From the IMG/VR virus record IMGVR_UViG_3300035099_000181, positions 37,071 to 101,070 of that record: a stretch of DNA of 64,000 nt. One strand, written 5' to 3'. Positions within the stretch are counted from its first letter, which is position 1. Each line of letters starts with the position of its first letter. A program made the translations under genes and the position numbers. The notes beneath the pieces are model-generated. The model ran no database searches. It was given only the letters and a program-made list of their open reading frames with translations, and was not told the DNA's origin. This stretch comes from a virus. Shown piece by piece: positions 27,346 through 37,213 of this stretch.

Positions 27346-27887
27346 GCAATGGTGCTAAAAAGGGTCCCCCGTTCGAGAGGGAACTATGCAAGCTGTTCTC
27401 GCAATGGTGGGATGGTCGGGATGATGTGTTTTGGCGGACTTCCGGTTCAGGTGCCCGCGCGACTTCCCGCAGCAGGAAAGGCAAGAAGACAAAGTATGAA
27501 TATGGGGACATGACATTCACGGACCCCGTAGGGAAGCCTCTTGTAGATCTGATCTTGTGGGAGTTCAAGCGGGGCTATTCCAAGAGTATCGACATGCTGG
27601 CCTTGCTTGATGGAAGAAGTTCTTTGCTCGGTAAGTGGATAGCCAAGGCAGAGGAGGACAGAAGGGAATCGGACAGGAAATATGTCTGTCTCGTGCTTCA
27701 AAGGGATCGCAAGGAGAAGGTTCTGGCTATCCATTCGGCGCTTTTGGGCTGGTTGGAAGGGCAAATAGGCGAGTTCAAGGGACAGTCGATCAGGGTCTCG
27801 TCATTTCCGCTGGAGTTCATTCTGCTGAAGGACTTTTTAACCTGGTGTAACAGGCAGGCAGTGGAGGAGATATGGAATTCACTATAG
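27342..27887 (+). CDS. PD-(D/E)xK nuclease, Holliday junction resolvase-like
   Basis: KGPPFERELCK, RTSGSG, GD, WEFKRG. Confidence 0.7.
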   Translation: MSNGAKKGPPFERELCKLFSQWWDGRDDVFWRTSGSGARATSRSRKGKKTKYEYGDMTFTDPVGKPLVDLILWEFKRGYSKSIDMLALLDGRSSLLGKWIAKAEEDRRESDRKYVCLVLQRDRKEKVLAIHSALLGWLEGQIGEFKGQSIRVSSFPLEFILLKDFLTWCNRQAVEEIWNSL

Positions 27888-29056
27888 ATAGAAAAGTGCT
27901 ATTGGATTCATTGGGAAAGGCCGCGGAAGTGATCAAGTCCGGTTCAAGATTGTTAGCTGTCTTGAATGGGGTGCTCATCACTCCTGACATCGGGGGCAAG
28001 GTTACTGTGGTGGCCACGAATCTGGATGTGTCATTCAGAGGGACGTGTCCTGCGCAGGTAGCTTCTGAAGGTCCTATAGTCCTTCTCTGTGACAGGCTCA
28101 TGAAGATCCTGCGGGGAATGAAAAGCAAGCAAGTCTCGTTTGGTATGGATGAAGGTTTTGTTTTCATCTCGGATTCGGGAAGCCGAGCCAGTTTGTTTCC
28201 GTTTTCTGCTGACGAGTTTCCTGCCGTTCCCTTTCCTGAGGACAAGGCTTATTTGGGAATTGCAGTTGACAGGTTTTCCTTGGCGAGAATGCTGGATGTT
28301 GTGTCTTTGCCTAACAAGGCCGCTTTGGACGAGAAGCGTCCTTATGCGCTTGGTGTGCTAGCAGATCCTGACTTTGTCGCTGGAAAGCTGGTGATGGTAT
28401 CGACTGACGGGTTTGTGCTTTCTGTTGCCTCCTGTCGCGCGAAGGTCAGTCAGCTTAGGGAAAGGGAGTTAGGGCTGGAGAAGAGTAAAGTGATTTTTCC
28501 AAAAAAGGCATTTCCTATCTTTTTTTCGATGCTTGGCAAGAATGAAAGAAGGAAAGGGCCCCTATCTCAGGAAAGCGTATCCATTCTGATTTCGGAGAAG
28601 AAGCTCTTCCTGTCCGTTGGCAGTGGGATGATTGTGGCGGATCTTCTTGATGGGGATTATCCGGATTATTTAGCACTGCTTTTTAACGGAGAGAAGATCT
28701 CTTTCCAGAATAGGGACATGCTCAACGGGATAGAGTCTGTCTTGCCTATGACTAGCGAGGGATGCAGGGCGGTGAGATTCGGATATGAAAAGGGAAAGAT
28801 CTCTCTCGAGGTGACCAATCCAGAATTGGGCAAGCTGGAGTCTATGGTGAAGGCGGATGTGTCGAAGGTCCTGATCGGAGAGAAGTCTTTCTTCGATCCT
28901 AACTATATTATCAGGGGTCTGAAGGCCCTAGAGAAGAGGGAGACCATATCAGTCAAGGTGTTGGATAAGGATAAGAAACACGCATGGAGGTTCGACGAGG
29001 AAGGTGATGTTGATTTCACTTACTTGGTGATGCCGATGAGATATTCAGAGGAATGA
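27872..29056 (+). CDS. dnaN: DNA polymerase III beta sliding clamp
   Basis: MEFTIDRKVL, ATNLDV, DEFP, VSTDG, LLDGDYPDY, YLVMPMR. Confidence 0.85.
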   Translation: MEFTIDRKVLLDSLGKAAEVIKSGSRLLAVLNGVLITPDIGGKVTVVATNLDVSFRGTCPAQVASEGPIVLLCDRLMKILRGMKSKQVSFGMDEGFVFISDSGSRASLFPFSADEFPAVPFPEDKAYLGIAVDRFSLARMLDVVSLPNKAALDEKRPYALGVLADPDFVAGKLVMVSTDGFVLSVASCRAKVSQLRERELGLEKSKVIFPKKAFPIFFSMLGKNERRKGPLSQESVSILISEKKLFLSVGSGMIVADLLDGDYPDYLALLFNGEKISFQNRDMLNGIESVLPMTSEGCRAVRFGYEKGKISLEVTNPELGKLESMVKADVSKVLIGEKSFFDPNYIIRGLKALEKRETISVKVLDKDKKHAWRFDEEGDVDFTYLVMPMRYSEE

Positions 29057-29484
29057 GACGGAATTGTGATAAGGAGGGCAGAATGAGGGCACATTTTCAG
29101 TATACGAAGGACGAGCAAGGCAGGCCTATCATAACGATATGCCATATTATGGACGATGACGGCATTCTTTTTGTCGGTAGGGCAGTGTGCAGCAAGAAGG
29201 ACGCGATGTCCAAGGTCAGGGGGCGGGAGATATCTCTTGGCCGCGCCATGAAGGCTCGCAGGAGATTCCGCGATACAGGTATCTTCTTCCCGGAGATGAT
29301 CACGAGTAAGGCATTACAGAAGCTGGCCAAGAAAGGCATAGCGGATCGCAGACTGGCGAAGTACGAGGTTAGAGAGGTGGTTTCTCCCGATGTTGGAATC
29401 TCTTTTTCTCGCGGGAAGAATGCCATCAAGGGCAATATGATTCAAGTGAGTGCAGAAGACGGATGCGGTACGGCATATGATTGA
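29053..29484 (+). CDS. Phage-type hypothetical protein
   Basis: GRAVCSKKD...GREISLGRA; coupled at both ends. Confidence 0.6.
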   Translation: MRRNCDKEGRMRAHFQYTKDEQGRPIITICHIMDDDGILFVGRAVCSKKDAMSKVRGREISLGRAMKARRRFRDTGIFFPEMITSKALQKLAKKGIADRRLAKYEVREVVSPDVGISFSRGKNAIKGNMIQVSAEDGCGTAYD

Positions 29485-30550
29485 ATCAGTCCATATTCAA
29501 AACATCCAATCTCATCTTGACACAGAGTTGGTGTTCTCGCCGGGCGTCAATGTCATAGCGGGGTCTAGCCGAGATGGGAAGTCAGTCATTATGCGTGGGT
29601 TCCGGTGGTGTCTGGAGGGAAAGCCGCAAGGGGATTCTTTGAGGACGTGGCCCTCGTTGGCCTCTCTAAAAGAGCCCATGTCCTTCCTCATACGGTTCTC
29701 GGCAGGTTATGTCGAGCGCAGGCGTGAAGGTTCGGTGAATTCTTACATAATTGATGACGAAGTATTCGAGGCATTCAAGGCTGAGGTTCCAGAAGAGGTG
29801 CGGTCCGTCACTGGGATGGGAATGATCAACTTTCAGGGGCAGCACGATAGGTTCTTCTTGCTTCAAGACTCGCCAGGTGAAGTCGCTCGGAAACTGAATG
29901 AGATAGTTGGACTTTCTGTCATTGATGAGGCCATTAAAAAGGTAAACCAGCTTAGTGCTTCGGCAAAGACGGACTTGGCTTTTCTGGAAAAGGAACAGAG
30001 CAGGATAGAAGGCCGACTTTCCGGACTTTTCTATGTTCCTCTTGCTGCGGAGCTTGTCAGCCTTATTGACAGCGCACTTTGTAAGCACGAGGAGCTTTCG
30101 AGGAATCAGGAGGGTATTCTCTCTATTTTGGGAAGTATGTCTGATGCGGAACGGGATATAGCGGAATGTAGAAGGCTGACGGATCTGCATAAAGAAATTT
30201 CTGAACTTGATGGATTGCTTGATGAGGAAAATAAGGTTCGTCTTGAGATAGACAATTTGGCGACTATTGCTGACGATGTGTTCTTATCCGAGATACGGAT
30301 TGCGGAAGCGGAGTCTATGGCTTCTCTTGGTGAGGATGTGGACGGATTATCGGCTATGCTTGATGAGGATTGCAAGGTAGTTGATAGCATAGATTCATAC
30401 GGATGGATCATCGGCGAGATTGAGAAAGTGGATAGGGAAGCGCAAAAGGCTGGAAGGGAGTTAAAAAGTGCTCAGGACTCTTATTCTAAGAGGATTGCTT
30501 CTCTGAAAATCTGTCCCTTTTGTGGGCAGAAGATGCCGGAGGCAGTATGA
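29477..30550 (+). CDS. SbcC/Rad50-like ATPase, N-terminal half
   Basis: IESVHIQNIQSH, GVNVIAGSSRDGKS (Walker A), Q-loop region NFQGQHD, coiled coil, terminal CPFCGQ zinc hook. Confidence 0.85.
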   Translation: MIESVHIQNIQSHLDTELVFSPGVNVIAGSSRDGKSVIMRGFRWCLEGKPQGDSLRTWPSLASLKEPMSFLIRFSAGYVERRREGSVNSYIIDDEVFEAFKAEVPEEVRSVTGMGMINFQGQHDRFFLLQDSPGEVARKLNEIVGLSVIDEAIKKVNQLSASAKTDLAFLEKEQSRIEGRLSGLFYVPLAAELVSLIDSALCKHEELSRNQEGILSILGSMSDAERDIAECRRLTDLHKEISELDGLLDEENKVRLEIDNLATIADDVFLSEIRIAEAESMASLGEDVDGLSAMLDEDCKVVDSIDSYGWIIGEIEKVDREAQKAGRELKSAQDSYSKRIASLKICPFCGQKMPEAV

Positions 30551-31464
30551 AGGTTCTCTGTACCGGGGATTGGCACATAACAGATAAGAGGCCAAGGTGC
30601 AGGACTGACGATTATTATGCGTCTGTTAGACGGAAGCTGAACTGGATATTCGAGATGGCGGTAAAGGAGAAATGTGATTTCATTCTTCAGCCGGGGGATT
30701 TCTTTGACTCGCATAGGGCGAGTGACTTTCTGAAGCAGGATTTTATGAGCCTACTGATTGGGCGCGACTTAGAGATCTTTACAGTATATGGGCAACATGA
30801 TCTTCGATTCCATGGAGCAGACAGAAGGAATACTCCTTTGAAGGTGCTTGAGGCTGCTGGGAAAGTGGAAGAAATACTTGGCTCATCAGAAATGCGATTT
30901 TTTGGAGTTCTAGTGCAAGGTTGTTCTTGGGGGGAGGATGTTCCAGAAATTAAGGAAGACAAATATAATATTCTTGTCATCCATCGCATGTTCGTTAAGG
31001 ACAAGAAGTCATGGTCAGGGCAGGAGGACGTAACTTTTGCTGGGCCTTTTATGAAGCAGCATAGGTTCGACTGTGTGGTGGCAGGGGACAATCACCAGAC
31101 GATTATTTGGAACTTTGGGACCAAGGACAAGCCAAAATATTTCATAAATTGTGGCTCTCTCATGCGCTCCACAATAGCGCAGGCGGATCACGAACCTATA
31201 GTAGTTATTTTGGACACAGAGAAGAGGACGATTGATGTGAGGAGAGTTCCTGTAGAGCCAGCAGAAAAAGTCATGAACCTTGCTATAATAGAGAAAGAAA
31301 GAGAACAGAACCTGGGACTTGAACTGTTCATGTCAACGCTGATGAGTAGCGAGCAAGGGGGGGTGGAAGGACTTGACTTCATGAAGGCACTTTCCGAGAG
31401 GGCTAAGGGGATCGACGAAGATACAAGCAGAATCTTGGAGGAGGTATTCGATGGAGCTGTCTAA
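30547..31464 (+). CDS. SbcD/Mre11-like metallophosphoesterase nuclease
   Basis: GDWH, PGDFFD, YGQHD, GDNH, NCGSLMR. Confidence 0.88.
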   Translation: MKVLCTGDWHITDKRPRCRTDDYYASVRRKLNWIFEMAVKEKCDFILQPGDFFDSHRASDFLKQDFMSLLIGRDLEIFTVYGQHDLRFHGADRRNTPLKVLEAAGKVEEILGSSEMRFFGVLVQGCSWGEDVPEIKEDKYNILVIHRMFVKDKKSWSGQEDVTFAGPFMKQHRFDCVVAGDNHQTIIWNFGTKDKPKYFINCGSLMRSTIAQADHEPIVVILDTEKRTIDVRRVPVEPAEKVMNLAIIEKEREQNLGLELFMSTLMSSEQGGVEGLDFMKALSERAKGIDEDTSRILEEVFDGAV

Positions 31465-31699
31465 GATAGCACGAGAAGTCGAGGAAATGAAGGCCGCCAT
31501 AAGCAAGGCCCAGAGTCGGAAGGACCAGGCAGAAGGCCAACTTGCCACGTACATGAAGCAACTCAAGGACAAGTTTGGTTGTGCTGATGTAGTATCGGCA
31601 AAGAGGAAATTGGCTATTCTTGAGAGGCAGAGGGACAAGATCTTGAAAGATATAGGCGCTAAGTATGCGAGCCTAAAGGAAGCGATGAATGGAAATTGA
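31451..31699 (+). CDS. Small coiled-coil protein
   Basis: 82 aa, helical, GGAGGAGG RBS, overlaps neighbours. Confidence 0.65.
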   Translation: MELSKIAREVEEMKAAISKAQSRKDQAEGQLATYMKQLKDKFGCADVVSAKRKLAILERQRDKILKDIGAKYASLKEAMNGN

Positions 31700-32309
31700 T
31701 TTTCAAGAATACCAGGCCATATCCAAGAAAGTCAATGAAGGGCAAATCGAGATCGATCTTTTGTCCAAGGAGCTTGAGTCTGTTAAGGACAGGATAGGGA
31801 AAATAGAGAGAAGGATATCCGCTGTGGCGAAGGCCAGGGCGTTGATCCAAGAGACGGCGAGGGACGTGCAGAAGAATCTTGAGGCCTATACCTCCTCCAT
31901 AGTGTCTCTTGCATTATCTGCAGTGTTCCCTCGTCCTCCTGAATTCGTTGTGAGGATGGTCACGCGGCGGAATCAGACCGAGTGCGACCTATTCTTCCAG
32001 AGCAAGGGAAATCTATGTGATCCGGTGGATGGCGACGGCGGAGGGGCACTGGACGTGGCATCGTTTGCCTTGCGTGTATGCTTATGGTCCATGAAGAGGA
32101 CAAGGCCTACACTGTTGCTGGATGAGCCATTCAAGTTCGTCAGCCCGGATTATCAGGGAAAGGTTAGCGAGATGGTCAAGATGCTGTCTGAGAAGCTGGG
32201 TTTGCAGATCATCATGGTTAGTCATGCGGAGGACATAAACTATGCGGCTGATAGGTACTTCTGGTGTGAGATGAAAGGCGAGATATCAAGAGTGGAGGTG
32301 AGGGAATGA
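31689..32309 (+). CDS. SbcC/Rad50-like ATPase, C-terminal half
   Basis: Coiled coil, signature-like DGGGALDVASFALR, Walker B LLLDEPF, H-loop IIMVSH. Confidence 0.85.
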   Translation: MEIDFQEYQAISKKVNEGQIEIDLLSKELESVKDRIGKIERRISAVAKARALIQETARDVQKNLEAYTSSIVSLALSAVFPRPPEFVVRMVTRRNQTECDLFFQSKGNLCDPVDGDGGGALDVASFALRVCLWSMKRTRPTLLLDEPFKFVSPDYQGKVSEMVKMLSEKLGLQIIMVSHAEDINYAADRYFWCEMKGEISRVEVRE

Positions 32310-32578
32310 ATCGTTCTGATTTTGCGGAGTTGGTGAGGTCCAATTTGGAATTTGATGTCCCCATGAAATACGTTAAGGAGGTTATTGAGGCGGTATGGAA
32401 TTCCATCGGTCAGGAACTGTCAAAGGAAGAAAAACTTCTTTTGCCGATAGGCACGTTTGAGGCAGTTCGGACAAAGTTGAGAAAGGGCATTAATCCGAAG
32501 ACAGGGCAGGAGATTGACATACTTCCCAGGACAAGGATCAAGTTTAGGGCGAGCAAGGCCTTGAAGGGCTCTGTATGA
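32306..32578 (+). CDS. HU/IHF-family DNA-binding protein
   Basis: IGTFE...RKGINPKTGQEIDI...KFRASKALK. Confidence 0.92.
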   Translation: MNRSDFAELVRSNLEFDVPMKYVKEVIEAVWNSIGQELSKEEKLLLPIGTFEAVRTKLRKGINPKTGQEIDILPRTRIKFRASKALKGSV

Positions 32579-32913
32579 TGGAACTTGCGATCTGGCTTAT
32601 TTTTGCTCACTTGTACGGGGATGTGATTTTAAGAACCCCATTTATAGCAAAGTATAAGGGCAAGAGCCTTTTGGTGGCGGCCTTCCATTGCTTCATGTGG
32701 GCGGGATGTGTGTCCGTTCCGCTCAGGGTTTATGGTAAGTTCACAGTTACTCTGTTTCTGTTTCTGTTCATAGGCCATATGTTCGTTGACTTTGCTAAGG
32801 CTCTCGTGGAGCCATGCGGAACGTGGGAAGATGAGGGCAGGGTAAAGATAACGAAGTACGGGGTGATTGACCAGGCCCTTCATTTTGTGCAGTTGGGGGT
32901 GGTGTGGTTATGA
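32575..32913 (+). CDS. Membrane protein (DUF3307-like)
   Basis: AHLYGD, H, HMFVD, DQALH pattern; hydrophobic. Confidence 0.7.
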   Translation: MMELAIWLIFAHLYGDVILRTPFIAKYKGKSLLVAAFHCFMWAGCVSVPLRVYGKFTVTLFLFLFIGHMFVDFAKALVEPCGTWEDEGRVKITKYGVIDQALHFVQLGVVWL

Positions 32914-34391
32914 AATTCAAGGTTCTTCTGATCTATCCGAATACGATGATGGCCACTCTACTTCCGTTATCTATTTCTTCGCTTTCTGCATATCTGAAGC
33001 AGAACGATATTGATGTGGAGCTTTTTGACACCACATTCTACCGTACGGAGGGGATGAACTTCGAGAAGAAGAAAGAGTGGCTTCTCCAGGTAAAGCCGTT
33101 CGACATGCAAATTCCATTTAAAGGAGATTTTGAGGAGGCCAAGAACGATCTGCGGAAGATGGCGAATGACTATAGGCCAAACCTTATTGGCATCTCGCTT
33201 GTCGAGGACACTATTCCGCAGGGTCTTTCTTTGCTTGAGGCGATAAGGGATTATGAATGCCCTGTGGTCGCCGGGGGTGTGGGCGCTACATTTAATTGGC
33301 ACAGGCTTATCCGGGAGCAGGATGTTGATTTCGTATGCGTGGGGGAAGGGGAGAAGATTCTTGAAATGTTGTGCCGTACGCCAAAGGAAGATTGGTGGAG
33401 GCTTGCTGGTATAGCAGATGAAGGGTATTTGAGAGCTGAATCTGACCGCATTTTTGTCAGGCCGATTGATCTTGATTCTCTCCCTACTCCTGACTTTTCT
33501 ATTTTCGAGGAGAATAGGCTAAAACGGGCGATGCATGGGATTATTAAGACTATGCTGCACGTCGAGATAGACCGTGGCTGCCCGTTTTCATGCACGTATT
33601 GCAATGCGCCCGCGATAAGCAGTTTCTATAGGAAACATGGGTATGAGTATTACCGGGCCAAGAGTGTTGGAAAAGTGCTGACCGAGATGAAGGAGCTGAA
33701 AGAGAGATACAAGCCAGACTATGTGGACTTTAACTCGGAGTCCTTCTTGGCGAGGCCGAAGATTGCCTTGCTTAAGCTGCTGCATGAATACAGCAATGAG
33801 ATAGACCTGCCATTTTGGTGTCAGTCTCGTTTGCATCTTGTGGATGCGGATAAGATTCTCGCCTTGAAGATGGCAGGATGTTCGGACATGCAGTTTGGGA
33901 TAGAGCACGGCAATGAAAAATTCAGAGAGAAATACCTGAACAGGAAGGAGACGAATGAACAAATGCTTACTGCCTTGGATTTGGTAGAGAAGTATAACAT
34001 TCCTTACACGGTTAATAATATCGTGGGCTGGCCGGACGAGACGCGGGATCTGGTCTGGGATACGATTAGGTTCAATAGGCAGGTCCATCCTAAAACAATG
34101 AACTGCTATATGATGACTCCATACCGGGGCACTGGAATGTATGACTACTGTGTTCGTGAAGGTCTTATGGAGCCTGACGCAGAGTCCATGCAGCTTTTGG
34201 GCGGGAAGGTTATCAGATACAGGCATATGGCGCGGGAGGAGTTTCTTGGTTTGCAGCGGTGCTTTAGTCTGTACGCCAGGCTTCCCGAGTCTTGGTATCC
34301 GATGATCGAAAGGGCAGAGAGGCTGGATGAGCATGGGAATAGGGTGTTTGCTGAGCTTAGAGAGATTTACATCAGGCAATTCTATTCTTAG
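32910..34391 (+). CDS. B12-binding radical SAM protein
   Basis: N-terminal cobalamin-binding-like region (LSAYLK, VAGG, GEGE), RGCPFSCTYC. Confidence 0.88.
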   Translation: MKFKVLLIYPNTMMATLLPLSISSLSAYLKQNDIDVELFDTTFYRTEGMNFEKKKEWLLQVKPFDMQIPFKGDFEEAKNDLRKMANDYRPNLIGISLVEDTIPQGLSLLEAIRDYECPVVAGGVGATFNWHRLIREQDVDFVCVGEGEKILEMLCRTPKEDWWRLAGIADEGYLRAESDRIFVRPIDLDSLPTPDFSIFEENRLKRAMHGIIKTMLHVEIDRGCPFSCTYCNAPAISSFYRKHGYEYYRAKSVGKVLTEMKELKERYKPDYVDFNSESFLARPKIALLKLLHEYSNEIDLPFWCQSRLHLVDADKILALKMAGCSDMQFGIEHGNEKFREKYLNRKETNEQMLTALDLVEKYNIPYTVNNIVGWPDETRDLVWDTIRFNRQVHPKTMNCYMMTPYRGTGMYDYCVREGLMEPDAESMQLLGGKVIRYRHMAREEFLGLQRCFSLYARLPESWYPMIERAERLDEHGNRVFAELREIYIRQFYS

Positions 34392-34401
34392 GAGTGAGGC
34401 G

Positions 34402-34581
34402 ATGCTCAGGAAAAACTGCATAGTGATCGGTGTTGATGCGGGATATCCTGTCGATTGGGAAGCATAGTTGAAGGATATTGTAGATCTTCCTGAGGACTAT
34501 CTCGAATGGCTATGCAGGCAGCAATGGTTCGAGGACAACTTTTCTGATTATTTCGTTGAAGCCAAGAGGATACTAAAATGA
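34402..34581 (+). pseudogene. Small disrupted ORF (GKH...DLPEDYLEWL motif)
   Basis: In-frame TAG at 34465 when read from ATG 34402; alternatively a 1-nt frameshift between IGKHS and KDIVDLPEDYLEWL. Confidence 0.45.
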
Positions 34582-35567
34582 AGGCAAATGCGAATATCCA
34601 TAAGTTGTACGGGGAAGACATTGCGGAATCTTTGGAAGATTCTGCCTATGCGGAGTATCGCAGGCAATGGCAGGAATGCCCAGAGAAGTTTATTGTTTCT
34701 GAGGCTCCTCTATTCTTGGACATCGAGGCTTGCACTTTTTGCAATCTTCGTTGTCAGCATTGCATACAGACTATTGGCCTTCAGGAATTTCAGATTAGCA
34801 ACCTAATGGATTGGGATCTTTACGAGAGGGCTATAGACGAAGCTTCTGACATTGGTGTCTATGGGTGTAAGTACCATGCCATAGGCCGTGGAGAGCCTTT
34901 GCTTCATCCTGACATAGCCAGGATGGTCGCCTATGCAAAGAAGAAAGGCCTGATCGACGTTTACTTGAACACGAATGGAATGGTGTTGACCCAGAATCTT
35001 AGCAAGAGGCTGCTGGATGCCGGGCTTGACAGAATCAGCTTCTCAGTTAATGGACACTATCCAGAGATTTACGAGAGACATCAGGTGGGTGGAAACTTCA
35101 GCAAGTTGTTTCATAACATAGACAGGTTTCTTTGCGAGAGGGATGAAGGTGGATATAGGACGAAGGTTAGGGTGCAGACCGTAGTCTTGCCTGGGATTGA
35201 TCTGGACGCTTACGCGAACTTTTGGAGCTTGCTGGCGGACGAGGTTGACTATATTGACTACAAGGAGATGTCACGGAGGAAGATGGGAATTGTTGATTCT
35301 TGGTCTTGTCCTCAGCTTTGGCAGCGCATGTCGGTACTATGGGACGGGACTTTGCTTCCATGTAACCATGATGACAGGCTATATGCTGCGCTTGGAAGGT
35401 TTCCTGATGTAGGCATTGACAAGGCATGGCGCAGCATGAAGTTCCTTCGCAGGATGCACCAGGAAGGCAATGCGCACTTGATAGCGGCGTGTGACGGATG
35501 CTTTCTGCGTACGGCTTCTATAGGGGAAGGGGGTGATACGAATGGGCGGAGTAGCAGGCGGGCGTAA
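34578..35567 (+). CDS. Radical SAM protein with SPASM/twitch domain
   Basis: CNLRCQHC, GEPLLH, NTNG; C-terminal CPQLW...DG...PC...CDGC. Confidence 0.88.
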   Translation: MKANANIHKLYGEDIAESLEDSAYAEYRRQWQECPEKFIVSEAPLFLDIEACTFCNLRCQHCIQTIGLQEFQISNLMDWDLYERAIDEASDIGVYGCKYHAIGRGEPLLHPDIARMVAYAKKKGLIDVYLNTNGMVLTQNLSKRLLDAGLDRISFSVNGHYPEIYERHQVGGNFSKLFHNIDRFLCERDEGGYRTKVRVQTVVLPGIDLDAYANFWSLLADEVDYIDYKEMSRRKMGIVDSWSCPQLWQRMSVLWDGTLLPCNHDDRLYAALGRFPDVGIDKAWRSMKFLRRMHQEGNAHLIAACDGCFLRTASIGEGGDTNGRSSRRA

Positions 35568-35628
35568 GAAAAAGAAAAAGGAAGAGAAGAAGAAGAAAAA
35601 GGCGTCCGAGGCCAAGAAACAGAAGTAG
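35542..35628 (+). CDS. Lys-rich micropeptide (28 aa)
   Basis: GGGGGTGA RBS-like element; MGGVAGGRKKKKKEEKKKKKASEAKKQK. Confidence 0.4.
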   Translation: MGGVAGGRKKKKKEEKKKKKASEAKKQK

Positions 35629-35690
35629 AATAGCATGGGCGAGACAAAAGGGCTAGGGCATTCGGTCCTGGCCCGCAACAAGGAGGAGAC

Positions 35691-36434
35691 ATGATCCCTG
35701 CGGTGGTTATTGGAAGGGGCGGGAGCAAGGGCTTTCCTATGAAGAATGAGTATTTGCTCGATGGCAGACCTATGTTGGTATATCCGCTGCTTGCTGCGAT
35801 GCAGGCAGGGTATCCTGCATTTTTAAGCACAGAGGACAGCAGACTGGCATCCATCGCCAAGAGTTGCCTTATGTTTCAGGAACCTGGAGTAGAAATCATT
35901 TGGCGTCCTCCTGAGCTGGCGACGGACGAGGCCCTGGGCGAGGATGTCTTCGTCCATGCCTATCGGGAGATCAAACGAAGGTATTCCAAGGAGACTGTTG
36001 AGGCTGTGATTCTTATGTTTGCTAATGCTCCTTGCATCACTCCTGAGATGATCAAGGACATGGTTTCGATCTTGCTAGATCATAGGTTGGCGGATTCTAT
36101 TTGCACAGTCAGCAAGTACAACATGTTTTCTCCATACCGAGCAAGGAAGATAGAAAGCGGCTGGCTTCGTCCGTTTTCGGATACTCTTATTTGGGAGGAA
36201 GGCGTGACTTGTGATAGGGACAGCGGAACGGATTGTTGGATATACGATTGCTCCTGTGCTGTGGTTGAGCCGTATTGCCTCGAATTGCCATTTCAGGGAA
36301 AGCCCCCACAGCGATGGCTTGGCCGGAATATCTTGCCATATAGGCAGAAGTTACCTGCACTGGATGTAGATTACGAATGGCAGATTCCGCAAGTGGAGGT
36401 CTGGCTTGAATACCAGAAAAGGAAGATTCAATGA
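35691..36434 (+). CDS. Acylneuraminate cytidylyltransferase family protein
   Basis: GRGGSKGFPMKN, RPPELATD, DVDYEW. Confidence 0.85.
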   Translation: MIPAVVIGRGGSKGFPMKNEYLLDGRPMLVYPLLAAMQAGYPAFLSTEDSRLASIAKSCLMFQEPGVEIIWRPPELATDEALGEDVFVHAYREIKRRYSKETVEAVILMFANAPCITPEMIKDMVSILLDHRLADSICTVSKYNMFSPYRARKIESGWLRPFSDTLIWEEGVTCDRDSGTDCWIYDCSCAVVEPYCLELPFQGKPPQRWLGRNILPYRQKLPALDVDYEWQIPQVEVWLEYQKRKIQ

Positions 36435-37213
36435 TTACAGTTGCTGTCCTCGAAAGATTCAGAACAATAGCCCTGGCGCACTTGCCAGGGGAAGTCAAAA
36501 TAGTTGATTGTGCAAGCCACGCTGATGCTGTCATCCTTGATGCTAGACTGTTCAGGGTTTCAGACTTTCCTTCTATTAAAGCCATATCGCGCGTGGGAGT
36601 AGGGATAGACAATGTTGATTTTTCTGGAATAAGCGAGAATAACAAGCCTGCATTGTTCACGACTCCGTGTCTTGAACTTACCAATGCGGTTGCCGAGTTT
36701 ACGGTCAGGCAGATCCTGATTCTTATCAGACGCGCGTCTATCCCCGCCAGAAATCTGTCAGAGCTTTCTGTGGGGGTTATTGGATTTGGAAGGATAGGAC
36801 GGAGAGTCTGTGATTTACTATACGGATTCAAATGCAAAAAGTTCATATATGATGAGGATTTTGGCTCCATCTTAAGAGGAGAAGTTCTTGGTGCGGATAT
36901 TGTTACTATTCATGTTTCTGGTTCTCCTCTAATTGTAGGGAAAGAGGAGATTGGACAAATGAAGGATGGCTCCTTTCTTGTGAATATGGCGCGGGCAGGT
37001 TGCGTTGACGAGGGTTCAGTATGGGAGGCATTAAGGTCTGGCAGGCTGGCTGGGTTTGCTACGGATGTCAATCCTGATTTTCTTGTGAAGGGGGTGGAAA
37101 ATAAGGTCTTGAAGACGCCTCATATTGCTTCTGATACGCTTGAGGCTAGGACCGCAATGGAAAAAATGGCAGTGAACAATATACTTCGGTTTTTTGGATT
37201 GGAGGAGATATGA
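36431..37213 (+). CDS. D-isomer-specific 2-hydroxyacid dehydrogenase (SerA-like)
   Basis: SRVGVGIDNVD, GFGRIG, VNMARAG, TPHIA. Confidence 0.88.
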   Translation: MITVAVLERFRTIALAHLPGEVKIVDCASHADAVILDARLFRVSDFPSIKAISRVGVGIDNVDFSGISENNKPALFTTPCLELTNAVAEFTVRQILILIRRASIPARNLSELSVGVIGFGRIGRRVCDLLYGFKCKKFIYDEDFGSILRGEVLGADIVTIHVSGSPLIVGKEEIGQMKDGSFLVNMARAGCVDEGSVWEALRSGRLAGFATDVNPDFLVKGVENKVLKTPHIASDTLEARTAMEKMAVNNILRFFGLEEI

